Source of the DNA: Kudoa neothunni
Lineage: Eukaryota > Animalia > Cnidaria
Reading direction: 5' to 3'
Assembly: GCA_964304625.1 (NCBI GenBank)
Contig: OZ199838.1
Coordinates: forward strand, 15,428,929-15,492,928
DNA: 64,000 nt
The notes beneath the pieces are model-generated. The model was not told the origin of the DNA. It searched no databases and saw only the letters and a program-made list of their open reading frames with translations. Below, in pieces: positions 1 to 14,387 of the stretch (within the stretch, counting starts at the first letter, position 1; the number at the start of each line of letters is the position of its first letter). The position numbers and the translations under genes were made by a program.

Positions 1-639
1 TGTTTGTAGCTATTCATGAAAATATAATCCTCCCATCCAAACGATATTTTTTAAAGTCTTTGTATGTTAGTCATTATTTATAATCATCGAAATAAATTCT
101 TAAATATTATATTTAACAAAAAATGATAATATAACTAGACTTAAGTTATGAAAGATTCAACAATGATAAATTATGTGCTTTTACTTAAAAATATATGAAA
201 GTATTGGAATATGTACCAATTTTAATTTGCGAAGAAAATTAAAATGAATTATTTAAAACAATTCGAATTTCATATATTTATTTCACATATTTTAAACTCA
301 TTAATGACTTAATATAACAGATTCAGTAAAGAAAATTAAATCGCTATGACAATTGACCGGGAAATAATGAACTTATATCTTCGTTTTAATTCCAAATTAA
401 TTCAAAAAATTCAAAAATAAAACATTTGCTTTTAAATCAAATTACGATATTGATTATGTACCATACGTAGAACAAAAACATATTTTACATCAAGAACCAA
501 TATATTGTAAATGAAGCATGAGCATTTACATGAAGTAGAATGAACTTCCGATTATTCTGAAAATGCGTTATCTGAATGACATTGAATAATATGATTTATC
601 GAATTTAAAAGAAATATGTTACTTAATATTTTATATGGA

Positions 640-1128
640 TAGAGAGAATTTATATTTAAAAACATATTTTGTGTTCATTGCATTGAATATGGAAGAAAAA
701 AGCTAACAAAAGCAATTTTTAAATTTTCATTGATTAAATCATGTAGCCTAAAAACTAATTTCGTAAAAATAATTAATAATAAATATTAACAACAAAAAAA
801 TTATACTTAAAATAATTAACATTCGAGAACATCACAAAAATCGTCAAAACCAAAAATGATAAGTTGATACAGGAATAGTTTGATGATTTCAAGTGATAGA
901 TCATTACTTCAAAAGTCCAGTAAAATTAGTGCCCAATAATATTTTTAGATTAACAGAATAAAAATAATCATGATAAATTATACAATTTAAATTATCTTAT
1001 ACAATTCTGGATATAAATATAATTTAATTCTATAACAATTCAAAATATATACGTGGGTCACTGAATATTTTTTTGAAAAAATATGGGTCAAAACTAAAAA
1101 AGTTTGAGAAACTACATTAGAGGGTTAA
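640..1128 (+). mobile_element. Possible decayed piggyBac 3' end
   Basis: FCVHCIEYGRKKLTKAI at ~668-720 resembles the piggyBac C-terminal Cys-rich region. The segment ends in AGGG|TTAA at 1121-1128. Heavily degenerate. Confidence 0.3.
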
Positions 1129-2336
1129 TAAGGACTTAATTAAAGATATTGTTCCTGGTGTTTTTTCTAATTTCCTGATTGTTATTAAGTTGTAAAAAAT
1201 TTATTGGCGTTAAATTCCCCTCTTCTTAATTTTTCTGAACAGATTTAATACTATTTAATGAATTTTTCTAAGTTTAATTTAATTCAGCCATTTAAAATAA
1301 ATGAATGAAACAATCGAATCAAAAAATTGTTAATGTTAGACAATTTATTATTGGAAATTCAATTATGAAATATTATAATTCAATATTATGTTTACTAATA
1401 AATATAAAATTCATATTGTTTTTGGAACAATTAATTTAACTTGTTTGGGTATCTATGACTTCGATATTGGAATAATAAGTTTAATTGTATTGGCGTTTAA
1501 TTAATAATACATATTTGATACAAATATTTTTTGACAGTTTTATTGCAAGTGTATGAGCTTATAACTGTTTTGAATAATTTTATTGACATATATAAGAAAC
1601 GTTCTCTAAGCCTAAGCTCTTATGATTTTAATTCTTTTAAGTTAATTTTTACTATATTCAATAGTTACCGGCGAACTGCTACGTTTTTAGAGGCCGAAAT
1701 ATTTAACTATGGCGTATTAAAAAAATCCAAGTTTAATATCTGTAATCTGTTAGTGAGAGGTCTAACTGTCAGGATGAAGCTATTACAGGATAAATGCAAC
1801 ATCCTAATTAGATCTTAATTCGAATCAGGTGTCGTAAAAAACTTTTTCAGATCCATATTGTGAGCACTTAAAATTTTAGAGTATTAAATAAATTAAAAGT
1901 CAGGTTAAAATTAAATTTAAGATTAAGATTAAAGGCCAGGATCAACAATCACGTTAATCGCCAGTTTTCTGGACTTTTACTTTAAATTAAACAATTATAC
2001 GAGGAAACGCGTTATTGATGTTGTATACATTACTAAGTAAAATTGATGGGTGAATAAAAAGGGTTTTTTGATTTTAATTTATTCAAGAATTAAATATTTT
2101 ACATCATTATATTATATTTTTTAAGTTTTGAAAAAAATTAAAAAAAATCTTCTTCATAAAATAAACTTCTTGAGAAATATTTGTATTAATATTATCTGTT
2201 TTTATTATAATTATTATTTTCATCTTCACTTACGCCTGGAACCAAGCTGGTTTCCTTAAGAAAGTTAATTAAACTGTTCTATTAGCCTTAATGCTATATT
2301 TTAATATAGTTGATATTGCTGAATTTGATTATATAG

Positions 2337-5300
2337 GCGATGGGACGAATTTTCACAGGATTATGCCAAGTTGGAGCTTGGGGTTGTTTTGATGAGTTTA
2401 ATCGATTGGAAGAGCGGATGCTTTCAGCTGTGTCACAGCAAATACAAACGATCCAGACAGCGTTAAAAGGCGATTCAAAAGGCGGAAAAGATAAACTCAC
2501 CAAAGTCGATCTACTAGGAAGAGAAATTACCATTGATCATGATATGGCCATTTTCATAACGATGAATCCAGGCTATGCAGGAAGATCTAACTTACCTGAC
2601 AATCTCAAGAAATTGTTCCGCTCTCTGTCTATGAATGCTCCAGATCGTGAATTGATTTCCCAAGTGATGCTTTACTCACAGGGATTCAAAAATGCAGAGC
2701 ATTTGTCTCGAAAAATGGTTCCATTTTTCAAACTTTGCAAGGAGCAACTCTCTCAGCAATCGCATTACGATTTCGGTTTGCGAGCGTTAAAGACAGTTCT
2801 TGTTAGCGCGGGATCTATAAAACGAGCCTATTTCAACGAGAACAATAACGTTAAACTATCAGGAGAAGACTTATGTCTAAAAGAAAACCGCATTATTCTT
2901 CAAAGTATATACGATACAATTCTTCCTAAGTTGGTGTCTGAAGATGGAGTGCTTTTCAACAGTTTGCTCAATGATGTGTTTACAAAAATCAAACCACTAA
3001 GATCACCACTCGAAACACTCAAACAAATTATCTTTGAAGTTTGCAAAGAACGTCATCTAATCTACAATAAACAGCCTACCTCCGACAACGGCAACTACTC
3101 AACTAACGAATGGTTCGAGAAAATTATGCAGCTATACAGTATATCATGTGTTAATCATGGTGTGATGTTGGTTGGACCTTGCGGTTCCGGTAAGTCAACC
3201 TGTTGGCAGGTGCTTCTTGAATCGTTATCTCGATATGAATCTGTCGAGAGCGTTCATCACATTATTGATCCAAAAGCGGTGTCCAAAGATGAATTGTATG
3301 GGGTGCTTGATTCGAATACCCGGGAATGGGTTGATGGTTTGTTCACTAGCTGTCTGCGTAAGATAATCAACAATGTCCACGGAGAAATGAATAAACGCCA
3401 CTGGATAATTTTTGATGGTGATGTTGATCCTGAATGGGTTGAAAACTTGAACAGCACACTTGACGATAACAAACTTTTAACACTACCCAACGGAGAGAGA
3501 TTATCGTTGCCTCCAAATGTTAGAATTATTTTTGAAGTTACAGATCTGAAATACGCCACTCTAGCTACTGTAAGTAGATGTGGAATGGTTTTCTTCAATG
3601 AAGATGTCCTTTCCACTCATGTTATTATTGAAAATATGCGCCATTCTATGGCTAGCTATCTTTCTAACGTGGAGTTTGACGAAATTAGCTTCAGCGGGTC
3701 ATTAAACGATGTTGATGCTGACAAAAAAGACACCCCCGCATCTCCAATTGACCTCTTGAAAGAGCAAGTGTTCCATCATCTATCACCGTACTTGCAGGAT
3801 GACGGGTTGGTTGCCAAAACATTTGAGTTTGCTCAACAGCAAGTTCAACACATTATGTCATTCGGAAGAATGCGAACGTTAACAACTTTTTTTGGACTCG
3901 TTGCCCAAGGAATCCGTAATATATATCAATTTAATCAACGCAATCCAGATATAGCTTTCTCGCCCGATCAAATTGGCGACTACATTACTCGATACATGGT
4001 GTGGTCATTGCTATGGTCAGTTGGTGGGGATTGCAGCTCTAAAGACAAAATCAAGTTATGTGATTTTATTGAGAATAATAGTGATATTCCGTTGCCGACC
4101 AATTGTGTAAATTCACAAAACAATATGACATTGTTTGATTACACCGTCAATCTTAACGATTGTAACTGGAGTTTGTGGAGTGATGAGGTTTCCAACGTTG
4201 AGGTAGACACTAAAGCTGTATCCTCTTTTGATGTTGTGATTCCTACTGTGGATACTGTGAGAAATAACGGCATCCTGGTTGCGTTGCTCAACTCATACAT
4301 TCCAGTGATTCTGTGTGGTCCACCTGGTTCTGGAAAAACTATGACTCTACTCAATGCCATCAGGTCGATACCAAATATGGATATTGTTAATTTGAATTTC
4401 TCGTGTGCTACAACCTCTGAGCTCATAATGAAAACATTTGAACAATATTGTGAGTATAGAAGAAACGCGAACGGTACAGTTCTTTCACCAACTAATCCAA
4501 GACGCTGGCTGGTTGTTTTCTGCGATGAAATCAATCTTCCTGACTTTGACAAGTATGGAACACAAAAGGTGGTATCTTTTTTGAGACAACTCATATCCAG
4601 AGGGGGTTTTTACAGAAAGAGAGATCATTGCTGGGTATCGTTGGAAAGGATTTTATTTGTTGGAGCATGCAATCCGCCAACCGATATTGGTAGAAAACCA
4701 CTGCCGTCCAGATTTTTGAGACACGTTCCCGTTTTCTATGTGGACTATCCGGGATATGAATCGATGATCCAAATCTACAGTTGTTTCACCACCGCAATGG
4801 TTTCATCGCTCCCACACCTCCAATACCATACTGATGCTATCGTGAATGCAATGGTTGAGTTGTACTTTGCTGTCAGAGATCGCTTCACGTCTGACATTCA
4901 ACCTCATTATGTTTTCTCCCCGAGAGAAATGACTAGATGGGTCCGAGGTTTGCATGAATTTATCGGAAGTAACTCAAACCACCAAGAAATCTCTATAGAT
5001 TGTATGGTTCGAATATGGGCTCATGAAGCGTTGAGACTGTTCCACGATCGTTTGGTGTTGGTTGATGAACGAAATTGGATGAAAACTGCCATCAACGACA
5101 TTGCGACGAAACATTTTGCTCAAGTGGATGTGGAGTCTGTACTTACAGAACCGATATTGTTTTCAAATTGGTTGTCAGGAAATTACGAGCCGGTAAACTC
5201 ACCCGAATTACGCAACTATTTGCTAGCTCGTCTTAAAGTTTATTGCGAGGAGGAAACAGATGTACATTTGGTGCTATATGATGAGTTGATCGACTTTATT

Positions 5301-8300
5301 TTGAGGCTGGATCGCATATATCATCAACCACAGGGACATGCACTTCTTATCGGTGTTAGTGGATCTGGAAAGACCACTCTTTCAAAATTTGTTGCATGGC
5401 TCAATGGAATGTCGGTGTTTCAAGTGAGAGTGCATCGTCATTACACTATTCAAAATTTTGATGACGACCTAAGACATGTATTGAGACGAGTTGGATGTAA
5501 AAATGAAAAGATTGTGTTTATAATGGATGAATCCAATGTGTTGGATTCCAGTTTCATCGAACGAACCAACACTCTTCTGGCCAACGGTGAAGTTCCCGGT
5601 CTTTTCGATGGAGACGAATACAACCTACTTTTGTCTCAAATAAAAGAATGTGCAGCTCAACACGACAGTAAAATGATAGATAATCCGACCGATCTATATC
5701 GTTATTTCACTGAGAATATTATGCGAAATCTTCATATTGTTTTCATGATGAGCCCTACTGAGAATGGACTCCAGGATAAGACTTCAACATCTCCTGCTTT
5801 ATTCAATCGTTGTGTAATTAATTGGTTTGGCGATTGGTCATACAACACCTTGTACAACGTGGGGTGGGAGTTGTTGAGTAACTTGAATATTGAGCAACCA
5901 TCAAACTTCGCCGTTCCACCTCAGTTTGAGCTTCCATATAATCCACCAGCCGATGAAACAATCACTTTGAAGCATGTGATTGTAGATGTAATGGTTCAGT
6001 TCCATTTGTCGATTCAGGATATAAATCAAAAATTGAAATCCAACTCGAAACTAACTTATGCACTTTCTCCGAGACAATTTTTGGATTTCCTAGCCCACTA
6101 CCTCACTATATTTAATCAGAAACGAGAAAAACTGGAAAGAGAACGAATACACCTAGATGTTGGTCTAACAAAAGTTAAAGAAACACTTGAAAATGTGGAA
6201 CAAATGAACCAAAGTTTATCAGCTAAACGAATCGAACTTGAAGCCAAGAACAAACTTGCCAATGATAAATTGAAAATGATGTTTGATCAACAAAAACAAG
6301 CAGAAAATAAAAAACAAGAAACCACGCTCATACAATCCAATCTGGAGAAACAAACTAAAGAAATCAATGCCAAACAGGCCTCCGTTATTGATGAACTCTC
6401 CAAGGTTGAGCCTGCGATCAATGATGCCAAACAAGCTGTCTCTTCTATCAGTAAAAATAATCTCATCGAACTGAAATCCATGGCTAATCCTCCACCACTT
6501 GTCAAAATGGCACTTGAGTCTGTGTGTGTTATGTTAGGCTTTCCCACAACTGACTGGAAAGAAATCAGAGCCTTCATTGTGAAGGATGACTTTATCCAGA
6601 AAGTTGTTAGCTTTTCCACCGAAAATATTACCACCGCTATTCGTGAAACCATTGAAAAAAATTATTTGTCCAAACCGGAATATAATTATGAAAAAATTAA
6701 TCGTGCAAGTAATGCATGTGGTCCTTTGGTCAAGTGGGCAGTTGCCCAAGTTTATTACGCCCAAATGCTTCAAAAAGTCGAACCACTACGTGAGGAACTA
6801 AAACTGTTACAATTCGCTCTTGAGGATTCTGAAAAACAATTGTCACAAGCTAAAACAACTATTGAAGATCTCGAAAATAGTATTGCCAAATACAAAGAAG
6901 AGTATGCAATCTTGGTGAGTGATGTTCAAAGCATCAAAAATGAACTTACAGCAACTGAGAATCGTGTCAAACGTAGTGTATCACTCATATCAAGTTTGGC
7001 TAGTGAAAGATCCCGATGGGCGACCTCATGTGAAAACTTTAGTGAAAATTTGAAGACTTTGCCCGGTGATATACTGTTATGTTCTGCATTTGTTGTTTAC
7101 GGAGGTTACTTCGATCAGGGTATACGGTCCTCTTTGTGGAATGGGTGGAAATGTGTTCTGGACTCTGTGAATATTAGTCGTCTCATTGAAATATCTCCAT
7201 CTGATTATCTCAGCAATGTGGATGAAGTAATGTTGTGGAAAAGTAAAGGTTTACCTTCAGATAAGTTATGCGTCGAAAATGTCATCATACTTCAACAATA
7301 TAAACGATTCCCTCTTATTATTGATCCTTCTGGCCAAGCGTACGAGTTTATGATTAAGCATCTTGACAACAAGAAAGTGTCGGTTACTAGTTTCCTTGAC
7401 GATTCATTCCAAAAATCTTTAGAAATTGCTGTACGATTTGGAACCACTCTTTTTATTATGGATGTGGAAAATTTTGATCCAATCATCAATCCCCTTCTCA
7501 ATATGGACGTGAGAAGAAATGCAGGAAGAACACTGATTTCAATTGGTGCCAATGAACTCGACCTTTCTCCAAATTTCTCCTTGTATCTCTTCTCTAGAGA
7601 TCCTTGGTTTGAAGTACCTTCCGATTTGGCCTCTCGAGTGACTCTAGTCAACTTTACTATCACTCCCAAAAGTCTACAAAATCAATGTTTGGATATGGTG
7701 CTCAAATCCGAAAGGCCAGATGTGGAAGCGAAACGGGAAGATCTCGGCAAAATGCAAGGCGAATTTCAATCTATTCTTAGAAATCTCGAGAAAAAATTGT
7801 TGGACGCTCTTAACGATACACAGGGATCGCTTCTTGACAATGACAGTGTAATCGAAACTTTGGAATGCTTGAAAAAGGAGGCAGCCGATATCTCCCTCAA
7901 AGTGGCTGAAACCGATAAAACAATTAAAGAAGTCGAACTTACCACCAATCTCTACTTACCTCTTTCTGTGGCATGTAGTTGCATTTATTTCACATTGGAT
8001 TCTATGAACAGCGTCCATCCACTGTATCACTACAATCTTAAATTTTTCCTGTCAATGTATCAGTCGGTTCTCGATAATTGCAAAATAAGTGAGACCAAGT
8101 TGTCTCACAACCAACGCCTTAATCTCATTTCGAAAAAATTATTCATCTTAGTGAATAATCGCGTGACTAAAGGTCTTCTCCATGAGCATCGTATTGTTTT
8201 TTCGCTCCAACTTTGTATGGTTTGGATAAAAACCATTATGAACAATTCCACACTCGAAAAAATATTCCAGCATTATCTCTATCAAGAATCTATCACAGTT

Positions 8301-10648
8301 TCATCGGACAGAAAACAATTTCCATCCACCCTTCATCATCTTACTCAAAAAGAATTCAAGATCGAAGCTCTATTACGACTTGAACATTGTGGCATTTTTA
8401 TTAACTTTTTTGAATCGATGACTGCCGAATCAACATCTCTTAAAAATTGGATGTCAAGCTCGACGACCATCTCTCAACAATTGCCTAACATTTTCCATTT
8501 ACAAAATGAAGAATTTGTCGACCAAACTGTCTACAACAAGTTATGTCAACAGTTGTTAGTTCAAGCTCTGAAGCCTGAATTACTTATCAGTTCATCTCAC
8601 CAAATAGTGGAATCCATTTTTGGAGCCGAAGTTCACACGTCTGACGTCAATCTTTATAATGTGGTTTTCGATGAAATCAATGCAAACACACCTATTCTCC
8701 TATGTTCGGTTGTTGGTTATGATGCCAGCTCATGGGTTGATGATCTGGTGTCCACTTACTCCACCAAACATCAATTGAAAATGATTTCAATTGCCATGGG
8801 ATCAATGGAAGGTTATACTTTGGCCGAAAATGCAATTGGAAAAGCTTCAAAAGATGGCATGTGGGTGATGCTCAAGAATGTACACTTGGCTACGGGATGG
8901 TTGAAAAATGTAGAGAAAAAGCTTCATTCGTTGAAACTTCATCCCAAGTTTAGATTGTTTATGACTTGTGAAATTCAACCAGATATTCCAAAAAGTATCA
9001 TTCGAATGTCGAGAGTGCTTACTTTTGAACCACCTCCTGGAATAAAAGCCAATCTAATTCAAACGTTCAGTGGTTTGTGTGCTTCTCGTGTTTTCAAAGA
9101 CCCCATCGAAAGATGCCGTTTATATTTTCTTCTTGCTTGGTTGCATGCAGTGATTATGGAACGATTACGCTATATTCCATTAGGTTGGTCAAAAGCGTAT
9201 GAATTCAACGAGTCAGACTTTCGTGTGGCCTGCGATGTAATAGATTCATGGGTTGATGATTCCTCGAAAAGAAGAACCAACTTGGCACCTAACAAAATTC
9301 CTTGGGATGCCATTAGATCCATTCTCTCTAAATGCATATACGGGGGCAGATTGGACAATATTTTCGATAAGAAAATATTGGATGGATTCATCAATGATGT
9401 GTTCAGAGTGGAAAGTTTCGAAGAAGATTTCCACTTGGTAGACAAACAATCCGCTAAAATAAAAGTTCCTGACTGTCGATCCCTCAAAGAATATATCGAT
9501 TGGATTAACATCAACATACCCCAAAATGAGTGCCCAGAATGGTTGAATTTGCCAGCCAATGCGGAGACAGTTCTCTCAATTTATAAAGGCAGTCAAATCA
9601 GAATCAATTTGTTGAAACTTCAACTTATGGAATTGGACAGTAAAGTTTCTCTTCCTTCATCACAGCCCAAATCCAAACAAAGTGTTACCTCGCTCGACCA
9701 AGAAATACAACCCTCTAAATTAGTAAAAATTCCCCTAATAGTTTCCCCTTGGTTAGAACGTCTTCCTATATCTGTTTCCACCCTCCCCAAAACTGCTTCT
9801 CATCTCTCGAATCCTATATATAGATTCTATGAAAGGGAGCTCCGCCAGGCGAGACGTCTTTTACATTTGGTTCGTTCTAATTTGGAAGATATTGTCGCCA
9901 TTTGCAATGGCCTTCAGAAAAAAACAAATACTCTTGAGCTAGTTATCGATTGTATTGTACAGGATAACATTCCGGATCAATGGAAATCATATGATATACC
10001 TAAAAACCTTTCATTGAATTTATGGATTTGTGACTTGGGTAATCGTATGAAGCAATTTGCAGATATTTTTTCCGTCGTATCTACCAATCCACTTGAAACT
10101 ATCCATGTATAATTCATTTCAAGTTTTTCAACTTCAAACTAATATTGAAAATTTTATTTAGAAAATTCCAATATGGCTCGGAGGATTTTTTGCACCAGAA
10201 GCGTTTTTAACGGCAACTCGTCAATATGTTGCGCAACAAAAAAATTTATCATTAGAACAATTGGATCTTGAGGTTGGTAGTGTTTTTGTTGTTACAATAT
10301 AATTTCGATTTATTCCATTAGGTGAATTTTGATTCCGCTACAGATTGCGTTGACTCTGAATCAGACTTTTATTTTATTGTCGAAAAATCATTCATTTTCG
10401 GCGGAAAAATATTGGGAGGATGCTGCCAAATCTCCGATGATATCTTTGCCGAGATATCCTCATGGGAATTTACATGGAAAGTTGATTCACCATCCGAACC
10501 TGACCAAAATAAAATACAACTTCCAGTCTATTTGAATGAGACTCGCTCTCAATTCCTACTCACGTTGGTTGTTCCAAAGGATCAAACTCATGCATCCACT
10601 TACTTCAATAGGGGAATCGCCATTGCACTCTGCAATTATTCGAAATAA
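2337..10648 (+). CDS. DYNC1H1: Cytoplasmic dynein 1 heavy chain, 5'-partial (motor domain from mid-AAA1 to C-terminus). Exons 2337-10106, 10162-10272, 10322-10648
   Basis: [37 protein letters not shown] (AAA1); P-loops [24 protein letters not shown]; stalk/[24 protein letters not shown]. The exon starts after acceptor ttatatAG (2335-2336). GT-AG introns 10107-10161 and 10273-10321 restore [22 protein letters not shown] and the C-terminal LPVYLNETR...RGIAI. Confidence 0.97.
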
Positions 10649-10767
10649 AGCCATTTATTTATAGAAATTTTATTTCATATTGACTAATCTAATCTAATCT
10701 TGCTTGTTTAAATTTTTTTATTTTTCGCAACCCACTACCCACTACCCACTATATTAGGAATGTACAC

Positions 10768-10960
10768 GCCTTGGTTCCCAATTCCAATTTGCAGTTCTGT
10801 GGACCGCGAAATATATTAAATAATTTAAAATCAGTTCAATATTTGTTTCATTCTCTAATCATTTATATTTCCTAAAATTATTTTATAACAAGTTTTTTGG
10901 TCCTTGGGAGTTTTTAAGATCGAATTTTGACCTTGAACTCGAAAAGTTTGAGCCCCATTG
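10768..10960. mobile_element. Degenerate hAT (Buster/Charlie-type) MITE
   Basis: Right end AAAAGTTTGAGCCCCATTG and left end CTTGGTTCCCAA resemble CAGTGGTTCYCAAACT-type termini. No clean TSD. Confidence 0.4.
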
Positions 10961-11179
10961 CATTACATGCTTTATATAAACCTTTATTTTCCTTATTATC
11001 GTTTACACTTATTTTTCTAATTACTACTCGCTTCGCATTGTAACAACGTGTTCCCTTGGCGAATTCCTACGCTTTTCTGCGCATTATATAATTATTACAT
11101 CTTAATTTCGATAAGTCTCTAGGGGAATACCACAAGCAATTTAATATCATTACCGACAACCGTTGCGCTGCATTACCTA

Positions 11180-11569
11180 TCGTGTTTCCTCGAAAATATG
11201 ATCTGCTTACAAAATAAGACCTGGTTTGATGTTTAGGGTTATATTTAATAAAAGACCTAACGATATATTTAGCGGAAAATCAAAATATCACCTGGAATGG
11301 TTTCAGAGTATCTCGGTAATGATTATTTGACAGGACCTTCATTAAACCGGCTGTAGTTACAACAATCACGAATAATTATATTTTCACGATGATAACAATT
11401 TTTTGTTATAAAAGACTTAATCCACATCACTTTTTTAGATAGTTACACAGGATTATAATCCTTTTTATTTTATGTCATAAATATAAGAGCCACCTCGAAA
11501 ATAAGACCTAGTAACTATCTCTTGTGTGAAATTAATATACGACATGGTCATATCTTCAAAGAAGCACAG
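11180..11569. mobile_element. Tc2/pogo-like MITE
   Basis: Left TA|TCGTGTTTCCTCGAAAATATGATC and right GGTCATATCTTCAAAGAAGCACAG form imperfect TIRs. Internal repeats of AAAATAAGACC are typical of the CCGTGTTTCCCCGAAAATAAGAC-type family. Confidence 0.6.
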
Positions 11570-12029
11570 CAGGTGTTCATTTTTTTACGTAGATCATTTC
11601 ATTCGTTATCTTTTTCTCTATATAATAGATCAATACATTTTGCATTGTTCTAATTATGATTATAATTCTGGAGTAAAAATTCAGCCCTATTAATTAAAAT
11701 AATCAGTCAGTACGAACCACACTCCCTTTGTTGTTTTAAATCTCTTGTTATGGTATACAAACTGAAAATATGTAAAATACGTTATTAATCCCTGAATTAT
11801 TAATTATGAAATTTCCCATCAAAAATGTACGATAAAATTTTAATATTTCCGAAAAAGGTAATTATAAAATTTGTAAATAATTTAATGATCATTTTATTTT
11901 GTCGATATTATAAAGTTTTTATTCTCCCAAGTGTACACAGAATCGTTATATACTAAATAAAAATAGACATAAGAAAATTCTAGTTGGTTTTGAATATAAA
12001 TAATCCACGATACAGCATTTTTGCTGAAA

Positions 12030-13623
12030 TTATTTTTTAATAGCATTGATTTTCTTTCTTTTATACACTGTCAGCTCAGAAGATGCACCTCCAACAACCA
12101 GTGAGGGTTCATCTGGTAGTAGGGCGATGTCTCGCACATTTGAATGGAATACTTGGAAAGTTGTGTTTTTATATTCCTAAAAAGATATCAAAGGAAAAAG
12201 AGGAATCAATGAGATACTGCAACAACATCCCACACGTTGACCTTTCCTTTGATTGTGCCATAAAAGAGGAATCTACCCGAAGATGAAAATTCCATACAGG
12301 TAGCCCTATCATTAGATCCAACAGAAAGACTGCTGATACAACAGTCTGACCTTAGGTCGATAATCTCAATCTGTGGATAATGAATATTAGTATTTGATGT
12401 TGGAAACACAGAATGGAATTGAATATTACTTTTCCATCAGCATACGCTACAGCGAATACATTTTGAGTAGGATGAAACCTTAATAGTTAAAAATAAATTA
12501 TTCAACTCATTCAAGAATGTCAACCCTTGAGATTATTTCAATTTTTTACCTTATCGTCGTAATAGGCGTTTTACAGTCTGATTCAAAATGATATCTTTTT
12601 GTTCCATCGATGTAATTCCATATTGAGATCTTTCCTTCTTGATCCTTTAAAGATAAAGATAAATTCTAAGTGTTCTTGGAATAAATTTACTCCAGCAACA
12701 ACCAACGAGTTTAAAATATATCCTTTGTTAATGTTACAACTAAATATATATATATATAGATTAATATCGATAAAGGCTAAATAAACAGAATACGCGTTAA
12801 AAATCGTATTTTTGTCCATGTTAATATCTTGAAGTTCAAGCACAGTCTCACCGTACTCGACATCAACCACCTGGCACATTTTATGTTCTCCGCAAAATAC
12901 GGCCTATATTCGATGACATTAATTCAACCGAAATATACACTCTTCTCACGTTTGTATCAGAATTTGTAAATACACTATGATGCGTTTTCCATGGTGCTAC
13001 GTATTCGAGAGAAGTGAGTTTGTTAGTTGCTGTATGATAGACATATTGTTTTCCGCTGGTTGTTCTTGAGGAAATTGATTTGAGAGTGATATAAAAGATT
13101 ATAATTTTTAAAAATTACCCATATAGTATCGAACGACAATCTTTGGAAATCGAACCATAACTTAAAATGTCAGTCGATTTAAGAGTATTGATCTAGATTC
13201 AAATGAAAAATATGCGCACAATTATAAACTAGTATTTACTGTTGAAAAATCATTAGCGTCAACAACAATCAGACTCTTTACCTACAGTCAAATTTGTATT
13301 AGATTTGTGTGTAAAATTTGCAATACTACCTTTGAAGACACATAGAGACAATTCTTTGTTTCACTATAGGGCATAGTAACTACTTCGTTACAACCCAAAT
13401 CGAAAGTTTCAGTGTGCTTTAAAATAGAACAAACTGGCTTCAAATTGCTGAGAGTCATTAGGGCATAGCTACTCACTAAAACACCAACAATTCTAATCCC
13501 AGATACCAATTGTCATGATTGCATACATCCTTTATCGAATGATAGCATTCGTTTCAGTTTCACCTTGCTGTGACATGCTTCCAGCTCCATAGGGAGATAA
13601 TAAGTGTCTAATCTGCTGGACAT
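12030..13623 (-). CDS. Highly divergent heterotrimeric G-protein beta subunit-like WD40 protein (11 exons)
   Basis: Ten phase-consistent GT-AG introns give MSSRLDTYYLPMELEACHSKVKLKRMLSFDKGLSSYA...CQVVDVEYGETVLEL...VVAGDQEGKISIWNYIDG...IRFHPTQNVFAVAYADGKIEIIDLRSD...MEFSSSGRFLFYGTIKGKVNVWDVV...SELTVYK. This is collinear with G-beta (N-terminal helix, WDIETGQQ, FFPNGNAFATG, FDLRAD, FSKSGRLL, NVWD). Confidence 0.75.
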
Positions 13624-14387
13624 TAACTTTATTATCTAATAGCCTTAAAGATCTATTATCAATATTTTTAGAACGTATCCATCATAGAAATTAACCCAAA
13701 ATCGTAACTGAAGAGATGTTTATGGAGATAGTTATTTCTAGGTCTACGCCAGAGCTCTTTAGTATAATCTACCAATAGAACAAATAATTAACCCCTTGCT
13801 CAATAGAGTTAATCACACTCGGTCGTTAATGATTCGCTCAGGCAAGTCAATGTTGTCATGGGTGTCAATAGTACTTTATTTCGTCGATTTTTTGCATTTT
13901 CATCATAAAACAATATACTTTCTCAATAAAAGCTATATTTTATACAATTAATTTAACAATTTGATCTATGGAAAATTAATCACTGTCCCTTACGCTCGTT
14001 AGCAATAATCATATTTTAAGATGTTTATATGAGCTTATAATATAATTATAAAATATCAGGTATCTGTTGAGTTTTTATGACTTTTCCTTATGCTGGAATG
14101 CCTTATTTAATTGTAGAAATATTCCATTATGGTAAGTATCGAATAAAATTTCATCATTATTTTTTATCAAAACAACTTATCAAACACTTCACATAAAAAT
14201 AATAAATCAGAAATTGTACAACGATAACATTTGATAAATATTGCACGGTTGGTTGGTAATGTAGTAAAAAATCTAGCAGGTAGGCATAAGGATAATATAC
14301 AAAATTCATTCGATTAATCTCTTCGTTATCTGATGCGAGAATTGTCGTTTTGGATTAGAGAATTTAGATAAACTGAGATCGTGAGCA

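Noticed and set aside
1531-1818. 95-aa ORF upstream of dynein as the missing dynein exon or a separate gene
   Set aside because: No dynein motifs, TTG start, AT-rich intron-like composition next to hAT-like debris.
2294-9559. Numerous antisense and alternate-frame ORFs inside dynein (also within RAD51, IPO5 and HEATR5)
   Set aside because: Shadow ORFs of long coding exons with no recognisable motifs.
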